Shown here: positions 1 through 12,630 of the stretch, piece by piece | How the letters are laid out: every line of letters begins with the position of its first letter | Position numbering within the stretch: the stretch's first letter is position 1 | Assembly (NCBI GenBank): GCA_032718475.1 | Contig: JAUCBJ010007084.1 | Coordinates: 1-64,000, forward strand | Length of the DNA stretch: 64,000 bases | Source of the DNA: Nemertoderma westbladi | Lineage: Eukaryota > Animalia > Xenacoelomorpha | Direction: 5' to 3' | Notes under the pieces: model-generated | The model's input: only the letters and a program-made list of their open reading frames with translations | What the model was told of the DNA's origin: nothing | Database searches by the model: none | Translations under genes and position numbers: made by a program

Positions 1-544
1 TATAGACCATTACAACATAGTCCCTGTAGTCGGATAGATTTAGGTGCGGTTTGGTTCCGGTAAATGTAACATAAAAATAAACTAATAAACCAGTAATTAG
101 CTGAATAATATTATGTATTCAGTTATCTGTTAGGTTGTTTGTTATTGGTTTGTATCAATGGCGTTTTAACCAACTGGTAGTTCTACTCAAATAAACAAAC
201 TATAATGGTGCCAATAGGCGTACCGGTACTGCAATGCAGTAAAGTAACTGTAAGAGAATACAACCGGTAATGTATAATAAAAACTTTCATTTTCAAGTCT
301 GCCACACAGTCCCATTACTTACAACAAAGGCTTATTATAATAATATATTACACCTGTCATTTTAGATAAGAAGGGACATCCCTAACCCACACCCCACCTC
401 ATTTTTATACAATCTTTATCATACTTTATTTAACATGGAGCTACGTAGAATTTTCTTTTTTGAATTTATAGACGTTTAACGTTTGCGATATCGCCCTCAT
501 TGCATTACGGCCATTCCTCATATTGGCCACAACGACATATTATT

Positions 545-920
545 AGAAAGCTTGAGTTGTAAGGATTCCAAATATAAATATATTTTGAGTTTCGTTGAGA
601 AACAGCTGAGAATATAATACTGGCGTTCAAAGATTGTGATAAATTATCATTCGCTGGAAGTCATTTATTATAATTAATATAAACACAACATTCTAGAACG
701 TGTTATTATTTTTATCATTTTTATGATAAAAATCCCATTTATTTATCCTATTTATTATATATTATTATATTTATGTATGCATAGCTACACATATACATAA
801 ATAACTGGTATATTATAATGAAAGATACTTCTTGCAATCTTAGAACGCCCATATCTCATCTGTTTATCAACGAAATTTAGACATTGATACATATTTGGAA
901 TCCTCACAATGCAAGCTTTC
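545..920. mobile_element. Degenerate foldback/MITE-like element
   Basis: gaaagcttgagttgtaaggattccaaatat...ttcgttgagaaacagctgaga (about 546-611) has an imperfect inverted copy tctcatctgtttatcaacgaa...atatttggaatcctcacaatgcaagctttc (about 853-920). Outer ends not defined. Confidence 0.55.
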
Positions 921-1968
921 AAATATATAAAAAATAAATCACTATTGATGGGAAAAATGGCAACGAAACGAAGGCAACAATTTCGTAAAAGACACTTTTA
1001 TAAAACTTTTGTAAAAATTTAAATGTAAAATTGAAAATTCCGGTTACATGGGGTCCTCTGCTCTGAGTTGAACTAATACAATTTTTAATAAGGAAACAGC
1101 TTATTTCTGCGAGTTAAATTATCGTGCAGTAGGGAGATGATTTTTGACTCATACGGTTTGGAATACTGTTTGGAACAACTTGACACTGTAGTATTTAGAC
1201 TGGTATGTGATACAGAATATGATACTCTGACCTTTTTGAAATTTACCCACCACCGCAAACAGAGAAATGTATCATTGGATTTGGTAGGTTTTCTCATGTT
1301 ACAATAAGTGTGGAATTATTGTACTGTTTATAGCAGAGTAAGTGTCTTTTTCAAAAATTACGAGTGTACAGAACAGTGAGTGTGGAAAAATATTAATGTA
1401 AGTTCATATAAGTATATAAGTGTCACTCATCAAAGAAAGTAGAATTTTTAATGTCGTTTTATTCCTGGTAAAATAAATTATTATAAAAATATATGTATAT
1501 AAATTAGTTCGTATTTGAATAGTTTCGTGAGTTGCCAAATCGGTTGGATCTATATATGGGAGTCTAGAACTGACACGTTATATTCGTCGAATAAGTGGCC
1601 ATTGTCGATACAGTGTTGTGTTATTCCACAACGTTTATAGCCATTATATAAGACCGCTTAAAACTGTAAATCGATACATTTTATTTACCAATTACCATTA
1701 TTTACATTCAAATTTTAAGCCCACCACCAACACTGTCAGTAAAAACTATAACACTCTCCATAAATAATGTTCGTTGTGGCGCTTTACATGTTTTCGTTTA
1801 AGTTTCCCAATGTAATTATGGTCAGTTCAGGCATTACAGTCTATTTTACATATTGCATGCATGAGTTTAACCTTCTTTCCCAACCCTCTTTAAATCGGAG
1901 CAAATTTGTTGAAATTTTTGAAACAGTTTCATATCGAGTCAACTTAAACTTTGTAAAAAAAAATTTAA

Positions 1969-2685
1969 GGGGGGATACACCATTTTGGTCCAAAATATGT
2001 CGAAATTTTTTTATGGTCTATTATAATGCACCATTGAATGGTGTTTCCAAATCTGATAACCGCTATTTCATAGCTCTTTTAGTTTTCAAGTTATAACAAT
2101 TTCCATTTAGGAATTCCTATTGAAATTACTATTACTATGTATAATGAAAGGTCGATTATCTCCAAATATTTTTTTTATTAAAGTGTCAACTTCAAAACCC
2201 TACTACTTCTACAATTTTTAAGTAATTAGTCTGAAACTTCCTGTGGGTGTCTAGATAGCCACCCTGCATAAAAGTATCAGACAACTTTGCGAAATTATTT
2301 GTTAATAAAATTTAATACTATTTATAACAAACCTAAAAATTTGCATAAATTTGCAGCGCCACCTAGCGGTGCAGAATTATTTTCACAAAATTTCGCCTGA
2401 TAGTTATGTTGCCCCATCTTTGATCTATCACATAAAAAAACTTTCATGTGATTAGATTGCCTGTAAAATTGTTAGGGTTTTAAGCGCAACCAAGTTTTTT
2501 TTGTTGTTAACTAGTATTAACTAATATTAAATAGCGAAAAAATTTTTTTTGACCTGTCATGTAGAATAGCATCTTAGGCACCTATATGCCAAATTTTAGC
2601 CAAAACCAAACAATTTTGAAACGCTGAGAGTGATAAATCGAAGAGTTGTCCGAAAATGCTGTACCCCCCCCCCCCCCCCCCCCCC
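1969..2685. mobile_element. Non-autonomous Kolobok-like DNA transposon
   Basis: TTAA flanks at 1965-1968 and 2686-2689; TIRs ggggggatacaccatttt / aaaatgctgtacccccc; no ORF. Confidence 0.6.
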
Positions 2686-2701
2686 TTAATTGGTAGTTCG
2701 T

Positions 2702-3138
2702 CCGGTGTAACAGGCTGAGATAACTCCCCACCAAATATGACTCCCCAGTCTTCTCAGTCTAGGCTGGAGAACACCCCCAGTTTTCTTCCTAGATTTCTTA
2801 ATTAACGGAAAGGAGCAGGTTACAGTGGCAGGCTTTTCTAACCAAAACAATAAACGATAACTCATTAACATAGGTAACAGTTTAATTTTTGCAATATACG
2901 GAAATAGCACAGGTACGGATATGAATTTAACTCAATTAGGGGAGTCATCTCAGCCTAAGGGGAGTCATCTCAGCCTAAGGGGAGTCATCTCAGCCTAAGG
3001 GGAGTCATATCAGCCTAAGGGGAGTCATCTCAGCTAAGGGGAGTCATAACTGGGGGTGGGGAGTGTTCTCAGCCTAGGCTGAGACGATTGGGGAGTCATT
3101 TCAAGAGGGAGTTACAGTATCTCAGCCTTGTAAACCAG
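2702..3138. mobile_element. MITE with subterminal 20-bp repeats
   Basis: Imperfect TIRs (ccggtgtaacaggctgagataactccc / gggagtt..atctcagccttgtaaaccag); about 5 tandem ggggagtcatctcagcctaa at 2936-3050. Confidence 0.55.
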
Positions 3139-3369
3139 CACTATTGACTGCTATTAGACCGAAGTTTAAATTGGTAGTTCGTTTGGTCCAATATATTTGA
3201 CCGAGTCCTACGTTCGAAATTAAATGTGTGCAATCCAATCTGATCAAGGATTGTTTTTATAGCTTTGGAGACTGTTGGTACAAATCGTATAACACAATAA
3301 GTATCGTCAGTAGGTTTGGGAGCTACTGTTGGAGCTGGCGGAGTGTTGGAGACTATTATCGACCACATC

Positions 3370-3762
3370 TCGCGGGTAGTTGTTTATATTAACAGTATAC
3401 AGTATCGCGGGTAGTTGTTTATATTAACAGTATACTGTATCGCGGGTAGTTGTTTATATTAACAGTATACAGTATCGCGGGTAGTTGTTTATATTAACAG
3501 TATACAGTATCGCGGGTAGTTGTTTATATTAACAGTATACAGTATCGCGGGTAGTTGTTTATATTAACAGTATACAGTATCATGAGTAGTTGTTTATATT
3601 AACAGTATACAGTATCACAGGTAGTTGTTTATATTAACAGTATACAGTATCGCGGGTAGTTGTTTATATTAACAGTATAATGTATCGCGGGTAGTTGTTT
3701 ATATTAACAGTATACATGTATCGCGGGTAGTTGTTTATATTACCAGTATACAGTATCGCGGG
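3370..3762. repeat. 35-bp minisatellite (cgcgggtagttgtttatattaacagtatacagtat), resumes at 5077-5152
   Basis: About 11 near-identical units; the array is interrupted by the TIR element at 3763-5076. Confidence 0.95.
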
Positions 3763-5076
3763 TGGATCTAGGACACTTCCCCCCCGGACACTTCCCCCCC
3801 CCCGCCCAAGTAGGACACTTCCCCCCCGGACACTTCCCCCCCCCCCGGACACTTGCCCCCCGGACACTTCCCCCCCAGTTAAAGTGTTAAAATTAATCTG
3901 GGTGCATCAAAGCAATAAACAAAAGTTAAAGATGGTTACAGGACAAGTTGTATCTAGACAAGTTTTTTCAAAATTATAAAATAAACATTTTTATAGTCAA
4001 ATTTTGTTTGTTTTTCTTTTAATTCCTTTAATTCTTTTAATTTCTTTTAATTGGGGGCTACCGCCCCCAAACCCCCGCTTCTTTTGTTGGGGGCTACCGC
4101 CCCCAAACCCCCGCTTCTTTTCTTGGGGGCTGCCGCCCCCAAACCCCCGCTTCTTTTCTTGGGGGCTGCCGCCCCCAAATCCCCGCTTCTTTTCTTGGGG
4201 GCTGCCGCCCCCAAACCCCCGCTTCTTTTCTTGGAGGTTATCGCCCCCAGACCCCGGCATTTCCCTGAGTGCCCGTGGTGAAAGACTTAAGACCATTTTG
4301 AAATAATTAATTCATGTTTGTATCATCAGATAATAAATTGACTAAGCCTAAAGTAGGAGCTGTATTGAATGTTAACCAATTTAATATATAAATTACTACA
4401 ATATTATATAATTCAACAAAATCCTATTAAAAATATTGCAAGTAACCAGGAAATTTGATATGTTGTGTGTATAATATCTATATAGTATGTATAGTAGTAA
4501 TATGTATATCAATATGTAATGCTGAACACAGAATACAGGTCGACGCATGTCGATTTTACCCTGGAGAGGTATAATTTTGATTGCAACAATAATATTCATC
4601 CCCATCTGCTACAATTTGAAGAAGACTATTACATAAAAATACCTATAATTAAAACAATTAATTATTATAATTCTATAGTTAATAAAAACAGTATATCATT
4701 CGGGGGATGGAATTTATAGGTCATCTACTATAATTAATTGTTTAAAGATTAGCAAACAATACGATGTAATTGCATTGATAAAACCCATAAATAAAACTTG
4801 GATATAAAATGTAAAATCGGGATGCAAAAGATCACTTTCTGAGCTACCAAAGGAAAATTGGATACAACTTATCTGGATACAAGCGGTCCGTTTACCTTAC
4901 AAAATGAAAAATACGAATGTGCGAAGTTAAGAACAGTCCAGGGGGGGAAGTGTCCGCGGGGGGGAAGTGTCTGGGGTGGAAATGTCCGGGGGGGAAGTGT
5001 CCGGGGGGAAGTGTCCTACTTGAGCGGGGGGGAACTGTCCGGGGGGGAAGTGTCCGGGGGGGAAGTGTCCGAACAC
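3763..5076. mobile_element. Non-autonomous TIR element (MULE-like) with C/G-rich subterminal repeats
   Basis: (ggacacttccccccc)n on the left and (ggggggaagtgtcc)n on the right; duplication tatcgcggg(t) at 3754-3762 and 5077-5085 (9-10 bp TSD). Confidence 0.75.
4050..4255. repeat. 33-bp tandem repeat inside the TIR element
   Basis: About 6 x ttgggggctgccgcccccaaacccccgcttctt; each unit is a small hairpin. Confidence 0.9.
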
Positions 5077-5228
5077 TATCGCGGGTAGTTGTTTATATTA
5101 ACAGTATATACAGTATCGCGGGTTGTTGTTTATATTAACAGTATACAGTATCAGTGAGATATTGTATTTCAGCTTCATACTTCGGCTCAGAAATATTGCA
5201 AAAAACATATTTTTATAATTTTAACCAT

Positions 5229-5448
5229 CCTATTGTCCGGCCTATTGTCCCGCCTATTGTCCCGCCTATTGTCCCGCCTATTGTCCGCCTATTGTCCCGC
5301 CTATTGTCCCGCCTATTGTTCCTGCCTATTGTCCCGCCTATTGTCCCGCCTATTGTCCCGCCTATTAATTGTCCCGCCTATTGTCCCGCCTATTGTCCCG
5401 CCTATTGTCCCAGCCTATTGTCCCGGCCTATTGTCCCGCCTATTGTCC
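5229..5448. repeat. 12-bp minisatellite (cctattgtcccg)n
   Basis: About 17 units visible directly. Confidence 0.95.
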
Positions 5449-5858
5449 GTTTATCCTTGCTATAATGCGTAATTTTGGATTAACTATAAGAAAGTTTGAG
5501 ATGTCAGTTATATTCGATGAATAATTCAGGGTTGGAGCAAGTTAAATATTATTAATCAAATGTCAAATATAAGTACATATATATTTCGGTAGCTCAGCGC
5601 TATCATTATCAATAAAGTACAAATTCTAATATAAATTGCAGAATTGACTAACGTAACGTACGACTTGTTATCTGTTGAAAATTTCACTAAAAACAGAATA
5701 AATGTTGTAACCAAAAAACAGAAGACATAGGCAGGGAAACGTATAGGGACCGTAGGTGCATACTGGAGAGCCTAACGAAATATATTTATAATTATATTTG
5801 TAATTTGATTAATAATATTTAACTTGCTCCAACCCAGAATTTTTCATCGTAATATTGG

Positions 5859-8800
5859 ATGTCAACTCAGTGGAAAGACAGCTTAACGATAATTATACTT
5901 TATACAGGAGATGAGGACGGCACAATTAGAATAATTGATACGTTCAGTAAAGATCAAACTGAAACAAAGAAAAGTATCGAACAGGTGGAAAGTATATTGA
6001 AGAAAACTGAAGAATTAAAGGAAATTGTTGAGTATATCGGATGGGTTGGTCCCATAAATAAACCACTCCAGGGTAAGATAACTGATATAATTATATCTAC
6101 TGTTGATGTTCTTTCAGATAAAGAGAAAGAACTTTACTTTAGACTGGATGCAGATATTTCTGAGTTAACAACCCAGAATCTGGTTAGTATTTGGGGTTTA
6201 AATGAAGTTTCAACAATAGAAATTGTTAATAAATTCAGAGACATGGGACTTATGATTATGAATATAAGTGGATCAAATACACTGAAACTTCCAAAATGTT
6301 TAATTAATTATATAAAAGAACAAAAACGGCTGCCAATAGAGATACTGGCGAGAGGCCCAGAAGCATTGGCTGCTTATAAAGCAGCTCTTTCTAAAGGGAC
6401 TACATGGATACTGAAAACCCGGTTAATGTTAGTGGGACAAGAGAGGGCTGGTAAAACTAGTTTGAAGAAGTCCCTTATTGGTCAACCGTTTGATATAAAT
6501 GAACCAATAACTGATGGTATTGACTCATCTGCTAACTGTATTATAAATACCGGACAAAACACAGATTGGACCAACATGAAAGAAGAGCCTGAGACAGCTG
6601 TTGATGTCGTCATTACTAAGGAAATTGCAAAAACTGTTCTACAAAGAAAACAAATTACAGGTGATGAGTCTGATATTTCTGGAACTTCAGCAATGGGTAT
6701 TGGTATTGCGACACCCTCAGTTGCAACATCTTCGTCTTCTACTGATGATCAACATAAGATTGCTACTTCAACTTCAAGTTATGGTGCTGAGAAAGTTCAA
6801 AAGGATAGTTTGTGGAGGCGGGTAGTTTCAGTATTACCTGGTTTAAAGTCAAAATATAATAGAAGTAAAATAACTAAAAAATCTAGTACAACTTTATTAA
6901 CTGCTGAGAATGAAAGTAAACCTATTGAAGAAAATCTTTCTAGGCAACCAATAAGGGAAGCTATGGAAAATGATATTCCTGACAACATCACAAAGGGAGT
7001 AGAGGATATATTGTTATCTGGTAAACCTCAAGATATTTTGGCTAAATTTAATGAGGAAGACAGTCGCTTTTCTCTACAGATAGTCGATTTTGGTGGCCAA
7101 TGTATTTATTACACAACCCATCAGATATTTTTGAGTAGACGAGCTATTTATATAATTGTATTTAATCTCTTGGAAAATCTTGAAAAAACTCCAGATATTA
7201 TTTTCAGATCTGATGAAAACAATATTAATGAGTTTGTTTTCGGTGAGATTAAGAATATTGAGTTTATTGAATTTTGGTTAAAAAATATTTATTCATTTGG
7301 TACAAAACTAGAAATAAATTCTTGTCCACCTGTTTTTGTAGTTGGAACTCATAAAGGCAGCTTACATGCTGATCCTGATACTCAATCTGTAATAACAAGT
7401 AAAATATTTGAAAAGATTAAGACCCATTTGGGTAAATCTTCATATACAGATAATCTAATTAAAGATTACATTTCTATAGAGAATAATATAGCGATTATAA
7501 ATAGTGGAGAGAAAGGACTTGAAAATTTACAGGCAAATATTGTCAACGAAATGGCAAATTTTAAGGAGGAAATACCTTTACAATATCTAAAATTTGACCA
7601 ACTTGTGTCTCAATTAATAACGGATGGTAAAGTTTATATTGACATTGACTTGCTAGAGATTAAATTAAAGGATATTGATGTAGAAATGGATAACATTGGT
7701 TTTAAAACAATGTTAGAATTTTACCACGATATGGGTACAATAATTTACTTTGATGATGAATCTCTAAGGGATACTGTTATACTGAGCCCAGAATGGTTGA
7801 GTGGAATGTTTACCAAAATAATAACTGTTAAAGACAAAATAAAGAAACAACATTTTACTTTCTGGAAGGACCTGGACGACAATGGTATATTACATGAAGA
7901 ACTCCTTGATTATCTGTGGGAAGGCGTTCTTGATAAAAAACAATTTATGTTGAATATTCTAGAACGTTTTGATTTACTATGTGAACGAGTTTTACCAAAA
8001 ACCGAAAGAACATTGCAAGATGATGTAAAGTTGGCTTATTATGTACCTTGCCGCCTTAAATCTGTTAGATATACTCCATTCACACCAAGACAATGTAAAG
8101 TTGAATTTTATATTACATTCAAGAGTTTCTTACCGCAAGGATTGTACTACCGTTTAATTAAGAGAACTATAGATTTGTCATACATTGTAGGTAATAGAGT
8201 AATTCAACCTAAACTTTACCACAGAGTTGCTCAAATATTTTTAGATTTTAATCATCAGGTAATTTTGGAAAGATCTTCTATTTCATTAAATTGGATTAAA
8301 GTTCAGGTAGTTAGATCTGAGATGTTTAGTTCGGGCGATGAACAAACTGAAAGTAAACTTGCACCAGATCCGGATATTGTTAATAAAGTAAATCATTTTA
8401 TTAATACAGCATTGAAGGAAATTATTACCCAAATGAGATTTAAAAATATTTCATTTGATTTCGAAATAAAATGTGAATGTAATGCTAAATGCGATCAACA
8501 CAGATTACTTGACTGCAATGAAGAAGGGTGTTTTCACTTTGTTAAACTGGCTGATATTTTATCAAATGATTTTCTTGAATGTCAATTTAATAACTCTGTT
8601 AGAAGTCGATTTATTAGTGGAAAATTCCCTGTTGTTGGGAGATTTAGCTCACATTGGTTAAACATTACAACTAACCAAGATGACCTTATTGATAGACTGG
8701 AAATCTCAGAGTTACTTGTATACTTAGACAGTAAGGGGGCTATATCAAAGGAAGTTTTAGCTGTGATTGAATCTAAGTCGAATTTGTTGAGTAAGAATAA

Positions 8801-9332
8801 GATTTTGTTGGAGTCAATAAAATGGGGATCAGAAAATAATTACAAAATGTTTATTGAAGCATTATATGTAACCAATCAACCGCTTTTGGTTGAAATTTTG
8901 CATGAAAAAATCAAAATGGAAGACCAAATGTTCCCTGATATTCTAACAAAGTATAAATATATGTTAATGAAAAATTTAGAACAAACTAAATTTGTGGCAC
9001 AACTTCTTATTAACAGAAAAGTTATAAGTAAATCTATCATAGAAATAATCGAATGTAAAGAATCAATAGATAGTAAGAATGTTGTACTTATAAACTCCAT
9101 AATGAAAAGATCTTACAAGGATTTTCTATCTTTTTGTAAATGTCTTCGTGTCACCAACCAACATCATTTAGCTGATCCTCTAGAGGAAGCAACCAAAGGT
9201 TATGATGCTGATATTGTAGACATTACCGATCAACCTGATGAAGTTGCTGATATAGATAATAGTAATCAAGGTAGAGAGGCCGCTGGGGTTATAGACGTTA
9301 CCAATCAACCGATGGAGAGGCTGCTGTTATAG
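5859..9332 (+). CDS. ROCO-family protein: Roc GTPase + COR + two C-terminal CARD/death-fold-like domains
   Basis: 1157-aa open frame. P-loop LVGQERAGKTSL, switch I T (PITDGID), switch II DFGGQ followed by YYTTHQIFLSRRAIYIIVFNL, G4 VGTHK, COR motifs (LEFYHDMGTIIYF, VILSPEWL, YYVPCRL, FLPQGLYYRL). Two about 90-aa helical repeats (LIDRLEISELLVYL..GAIS; LMKNLE..AQLLINRKVIS..F..FCKCLRVTNQHHLA) look CARD-like. Confidence 0.9.
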   Translation: MSTQWKDSLTIIILYTGDEDGTIRIIDTFSKDQTETKKSIEQVESILKKTEELKEIVEYIGWVGPINKPLQGKITDIIISTVDVLSDKEKELYFRLDADISELTTQNLVSIWGLNEVSTIEIVNKFRDMGLMIMNISGSNTLKLPKCLINYIKEQKRLPIEILARGPEALAAYKAALSKGTTWILKTRLMLVGQERAGKTSLKKSLIGQPFDINEPITDGIDSSANCIINTGQNTDWTNMKEEPETAVDVVITKEIAKTVLQRKQITGDESDISGTSAMGIGIATPSVATSSSSTDDQHKIATSTSSYGAEKVQKDSLWRRVVSVLPGLKSKYNRSKITKKSSTTLLTAENESKPIEENLSRQPIREAMENDIPDNITKGVEDILLSGKPQDILAKFNEEDSRFSLQIVDFGGQCIYYTTHQIFLSRRAIYIIVFNLLENLEKTPDIIFRSDENNINEFVFGEIKNIEFIEFWLKNIYSFGTKLEINSCPPVFVVGTHKGSLHADPDTQSVITSKIFEKIKTHLGKSSYTDNLIKDYISIENNIAIINSGEKGLENLQANIVNEMANFKEEIPLQYLKFDQLVSQLITDGKVYIDIDLLEIKLKDIDVEMDNIGFKTMLEFYHDMGTIIYFDDESLRDTVILSPEWLSGMFTKIITVKDKIKKQHFTFWKDLDDNGILHEELLDYLWEGVLDKKQFMLNILERFDLLCERVLPKTERTLQDDVKLAYYVPCRLKSVRYTPFTPRQCKVEFYITFKSFLPQGLYYRLIKRTIDLSYIVGNRVIQPKLYHRVAQIFLDFNHQVILERSSISLNWIKVQVVRSEMFSSGDEQTESKLAPDPDIVNKVNHFINTALKEIITQMRFKNISFDFEIKCECNAKCDQHRLLDCNEEGCFHFVKLADILSNDFLECQFNNSVRSRFISGKFPVVGRFSSHWLNITTNQDDLIDRLEISELLVYLDSKGAISKEVLAVIESKSNLLSKNKILLESIKWGSENNYKMFIEALYVTNQPLLVEILHEKIKMEDQMFPDILTKYKYMLMKNLEQTKFVAQLLINRKVISKSIIEIIECKESIDSKNVVLINSIMKRSYKDFLSFCKCLRVTNQHHLADPLEEATKGYDADIVDITDQPDEVADIDNSNQGREAAGVIDVTNQPMERLLL

Positions 9333-9976
9333 ACATTGCCAATCAATGCAATGTAGCTGTTGTTATAGATGTTACAGATCAACCGGTGGAGAGGCTGCTG
9401 TTATAGACATTGCCAATCAATGTAATGTAGCTGTTGTTATAGATGTTACCAATCAACCGGTGGAGAGGCTGCTGTTATAGACATTGTCAATCAATGTAAT
9501 GTAGCTGTTGTTATAGATGTTACCAATCAACCGATGGAGAGGCTGCTGTTATAGACATTGCCAATCAATGCAATGTAGCTGTTGTTATAGATGTTACAGA
9601 TCAACCGGTGGAGAGGCTGCTGTTATAGACATTGCCAATCAATGTAATGTAGCTGTTGTTATAGATGTTACCAATCAACCGGTGGAGAGGCTGCTGTTAT
9701 AGACATTGCCAATCAATGTAATGCAGCTGTTGTTATAGATGTTACAGATCAACCGGTGGAGAGGCTGCTGTTATAGACATTGCCAATCAATGCAATGTAG
9801 CTGTTGTTATAGATGTTACAGATCAACCGGTGGAGAGGCTGCTGTTATAGACATTGTCAATCAATGTAATGTAGCTGTTGTTATAGATGTTACCAATCAA
9901 CCGGTGGAGAGGCTGCTGTTATAGACATTGCCAATCAATGTAATGCAGCTGTTGTTATTGATGTTACCAATCAATG
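9281..9976 (+). repeat. 74-bp minisatellite overlapping the ROCO stop codon
   Basis: About 9 units of ggtggagaggctgctgttatagacattgccaatcaatgtaatgtagctgttgttatagatgttaccaatcaacc, made of two related halves. Confidence 0.95.
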
Positions 9977-10765
9977 TGTCTGGAATTGGATTGTAGACAA
10001 TTCTAATCATAATTTTTTAAAAACATCTAATTAATAAAATTGAATTTTGTATAAGAACTCTAATTAATTGAAGACGATACAGACTGCTATTAAAGTGGTT
10101 ATATTATTAAAATTATTCAATATAAAGTCAGGTGTCATTAAAACCTTAATTGCAGATTCAATAATAGCTAGTAATTTAAATAAAAGATAAACTATAAGTT
10201 TTATATAGTGGTCAGCAGACTGGAAAGGGTTACCTATCAGTTGAAGGCTTTCACTTAGCTCAAGCTAACAAATTACACAGATTGACGGTAAGAATTCATA
10301 CTTTGTGTCACTTCCTGGCCTTTTTTCTGGAGAATATCACAAAAACTTGGTCAGCTGAGACCATCTGTCGATCAATGATTACATGCAAAATAAATATAAT
10401 ATTTAATTTATTGTTACCAGTTTTTATGTTCAACCTACTGGTTTAGTTAGTACTTCAGTTGCTTGAATTAATAATAGCACAGTTCTGTTGTTGACTTAAA
10501 TTGCATTAATAATTTTTATAATAATATATGCATTCATTTTTTGTGGTTGAAAAATTTGAAACAACTGAGCGATAAATATTAGTAGTGTTAGATGATAGAC
10601 GCGATAAAATTTTACAATTTATGATCTTATTTGTAGAGAAGTCGTGACGAAGTACAACAACATGGTAGAAACTATTCTATTCGGAAACTGCCAGAAACGA
10701 AAATCTATGCGAAATCCGTCGGACTGGAAACTCTTTCAGAAAAGTGTTGGGCTAAAATTCTGAAT

Positions 10766-12276
10766 CAGAAGACTGCCAGACTGTGAAACTCTAACAGAAG
10801 ACTGCCAGACTGTGAAACTCTAACAGAAGACTGCTAGACTGTGAAACTCTAACAGAAGACTGTCAGACTGTGAAACTCTAACAGAAGACTGCCAGACTGT
10901 GAAACTCTAACAGAAGACTGCCAGACTGTGAAACTCTAACAGAAGACTGCCAGACTGTTAAAATCTAACAGAAGACTGCCAAACTGTGAAACTCTAACAG
11001 AAGACTGCCAGACTGTGAAACTCTAACAGAAGACTGTCAGACTGTGAAACTCTAACAGAAGACTGCCAGACTGTGAAACTCTAACAGAAGACTGCCAAAC
11101 TGTGAAACTCTAACAGAAGACTGCCAGACTGTGAAACTCTAACAGAGGACTGCCAGACTGTGAAACTCTAACAGAAGACTGCCAGACTGTGAAACTCTAA
11201 CAGAAGACTGCCAGACTGTGAAACTCTAACAGAAGACTGTCAGACTGTGAAACTCTAACAGAAGACTGCCGACTGTGAAACTCTAACAGAAGACTGCCAA
11301 ACTGTGAAACTCTAACAGAAGACTGCCAGACTGTGAAACTCTAACAGAGGACTGCCAGACTGTGAAACTCTAACAGAAGACTGCCAGACTGTGAAACTCT
11401 AACAGAAGACTGCCAGACTGTGAAACTCTAACAGAAGACTGCCAGACTGTGAAACTCTAACAGAAGACTGCCAAACTGTGAAACTCTAACAGAAGACTGC
11501 CAGACTGTGAAACTCTAACAGAGGACTGCCAGACTGTGAAACTCTAACAGAAGACTGCCAGACTGTGAAACTCTAACAGAAGACTGCCAGACTGTGAAAC
11601 TCTGACAGAAGACTGCCAGACTGTGAAACTCTAACAGAAGACTGCCAGACTGTGAAACTCTAACAGAAGACTGCCAGACTGTGAAACTCTAATAGAAGAC
11701 TGCCAGACTGTGAAACTCTAACAGAAGACTGCCAGACTGTGAAACTCTAACAGAAGACTGACAGACTGTGAAACTCTAACAGAAGACTGCCAGACTGTGA
11801 AACTCTAACAGAAGACTGAAAGACTGTGAAACTCTAACAGAAGACTGCCAGACTGTGAAACTCTAACAGAAGACTGACAGACTGTGGAACTCTAACAGAA
11901 GACTGACAGACTGTGAAACTCTAACAGAAGACTGCCAGACTGTGAAACTCTAACAGAAGACTGCCAGACTGTGAAACTCTAACAGAAGACTGCCAGAATG
12001 TGAAACTCTAACAGAAGACTGCCAGACTGTGAAACTCTAACAGAAGACTGCCAGACTGTGAAACTCTAACAGAAGACTGACAGACTGTGAAACTCTAACA
12101 GAAGACTGCCAGACTGTGAAACTCTAACAGAAGACTGCCAGACTGTGAAACTCTAACAGAAGACTGTCAGAATGTGAAACTCTAACAGAAGACTGCCAGA
12201 CTGTGAAACTGTAACAGAAGACTGCCAGACTGTGAAACTCTAACAGAAGACTGCCACCAGACTGTGAAACTCTAAC
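10766..12276. repeat. 29-bp minisatellite (cagaagactgccagactgtgaaactctaa)n
   Basis: About 52 highly similar contiguous units with no spacers. Confidence 0.97.
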
Positions 12277-12554
12277 CGAAACCTGCAGATCTTTGAAACA
12301 ACTTTGAAGCTGGTATCGTTCAGGAATTTATAAAAGACTCTATACGTTACGTTGTATTTGGAACCGCATTCTGAGAACTTAAATATGGAACTATAATTAC
12401 TGGTAAGTATAATAATTACCTGTAGGCACTAGGAACCCCTATCTGGGAACTGAAATTGAACTTAATTACTGGCACAAATTCCGCGTCTACTAACGCATGA
12501 ACTGTCTCCTTGAATGTCTTACTACCAATCTTACAACAAAAAAACATTCACTGG

Positions 12555-12630
12555 AATGGGGGGATTGAACTCAGTACCTAGTCAGTACCACAACTCAGTA
12601 CCAGTCACACGCTCTGCCAACTGAATCAAT
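12555..12630 (-). mobile_element. Degenerate tRNA-derived SINE head
   Basis: Minus strand gattcagttggcagagcg (A box-like) ... gagttcaatcccc (B box-like). Confidence 0.4.

Noticed and set aside
3664-5472. Short repetitive ORFs (GGGSPQEKKR, WGLPPPNPRFF, PPIV, LLSR)
   Set aside because: These are translations of tandem repeats, open in several frames and strands.
10766-12276. CRISPR-like array of 29-bp repeats
   Set aside because: Units are contiguous with no unique spacers, there are no cas genes, and the context is eukaryotic.
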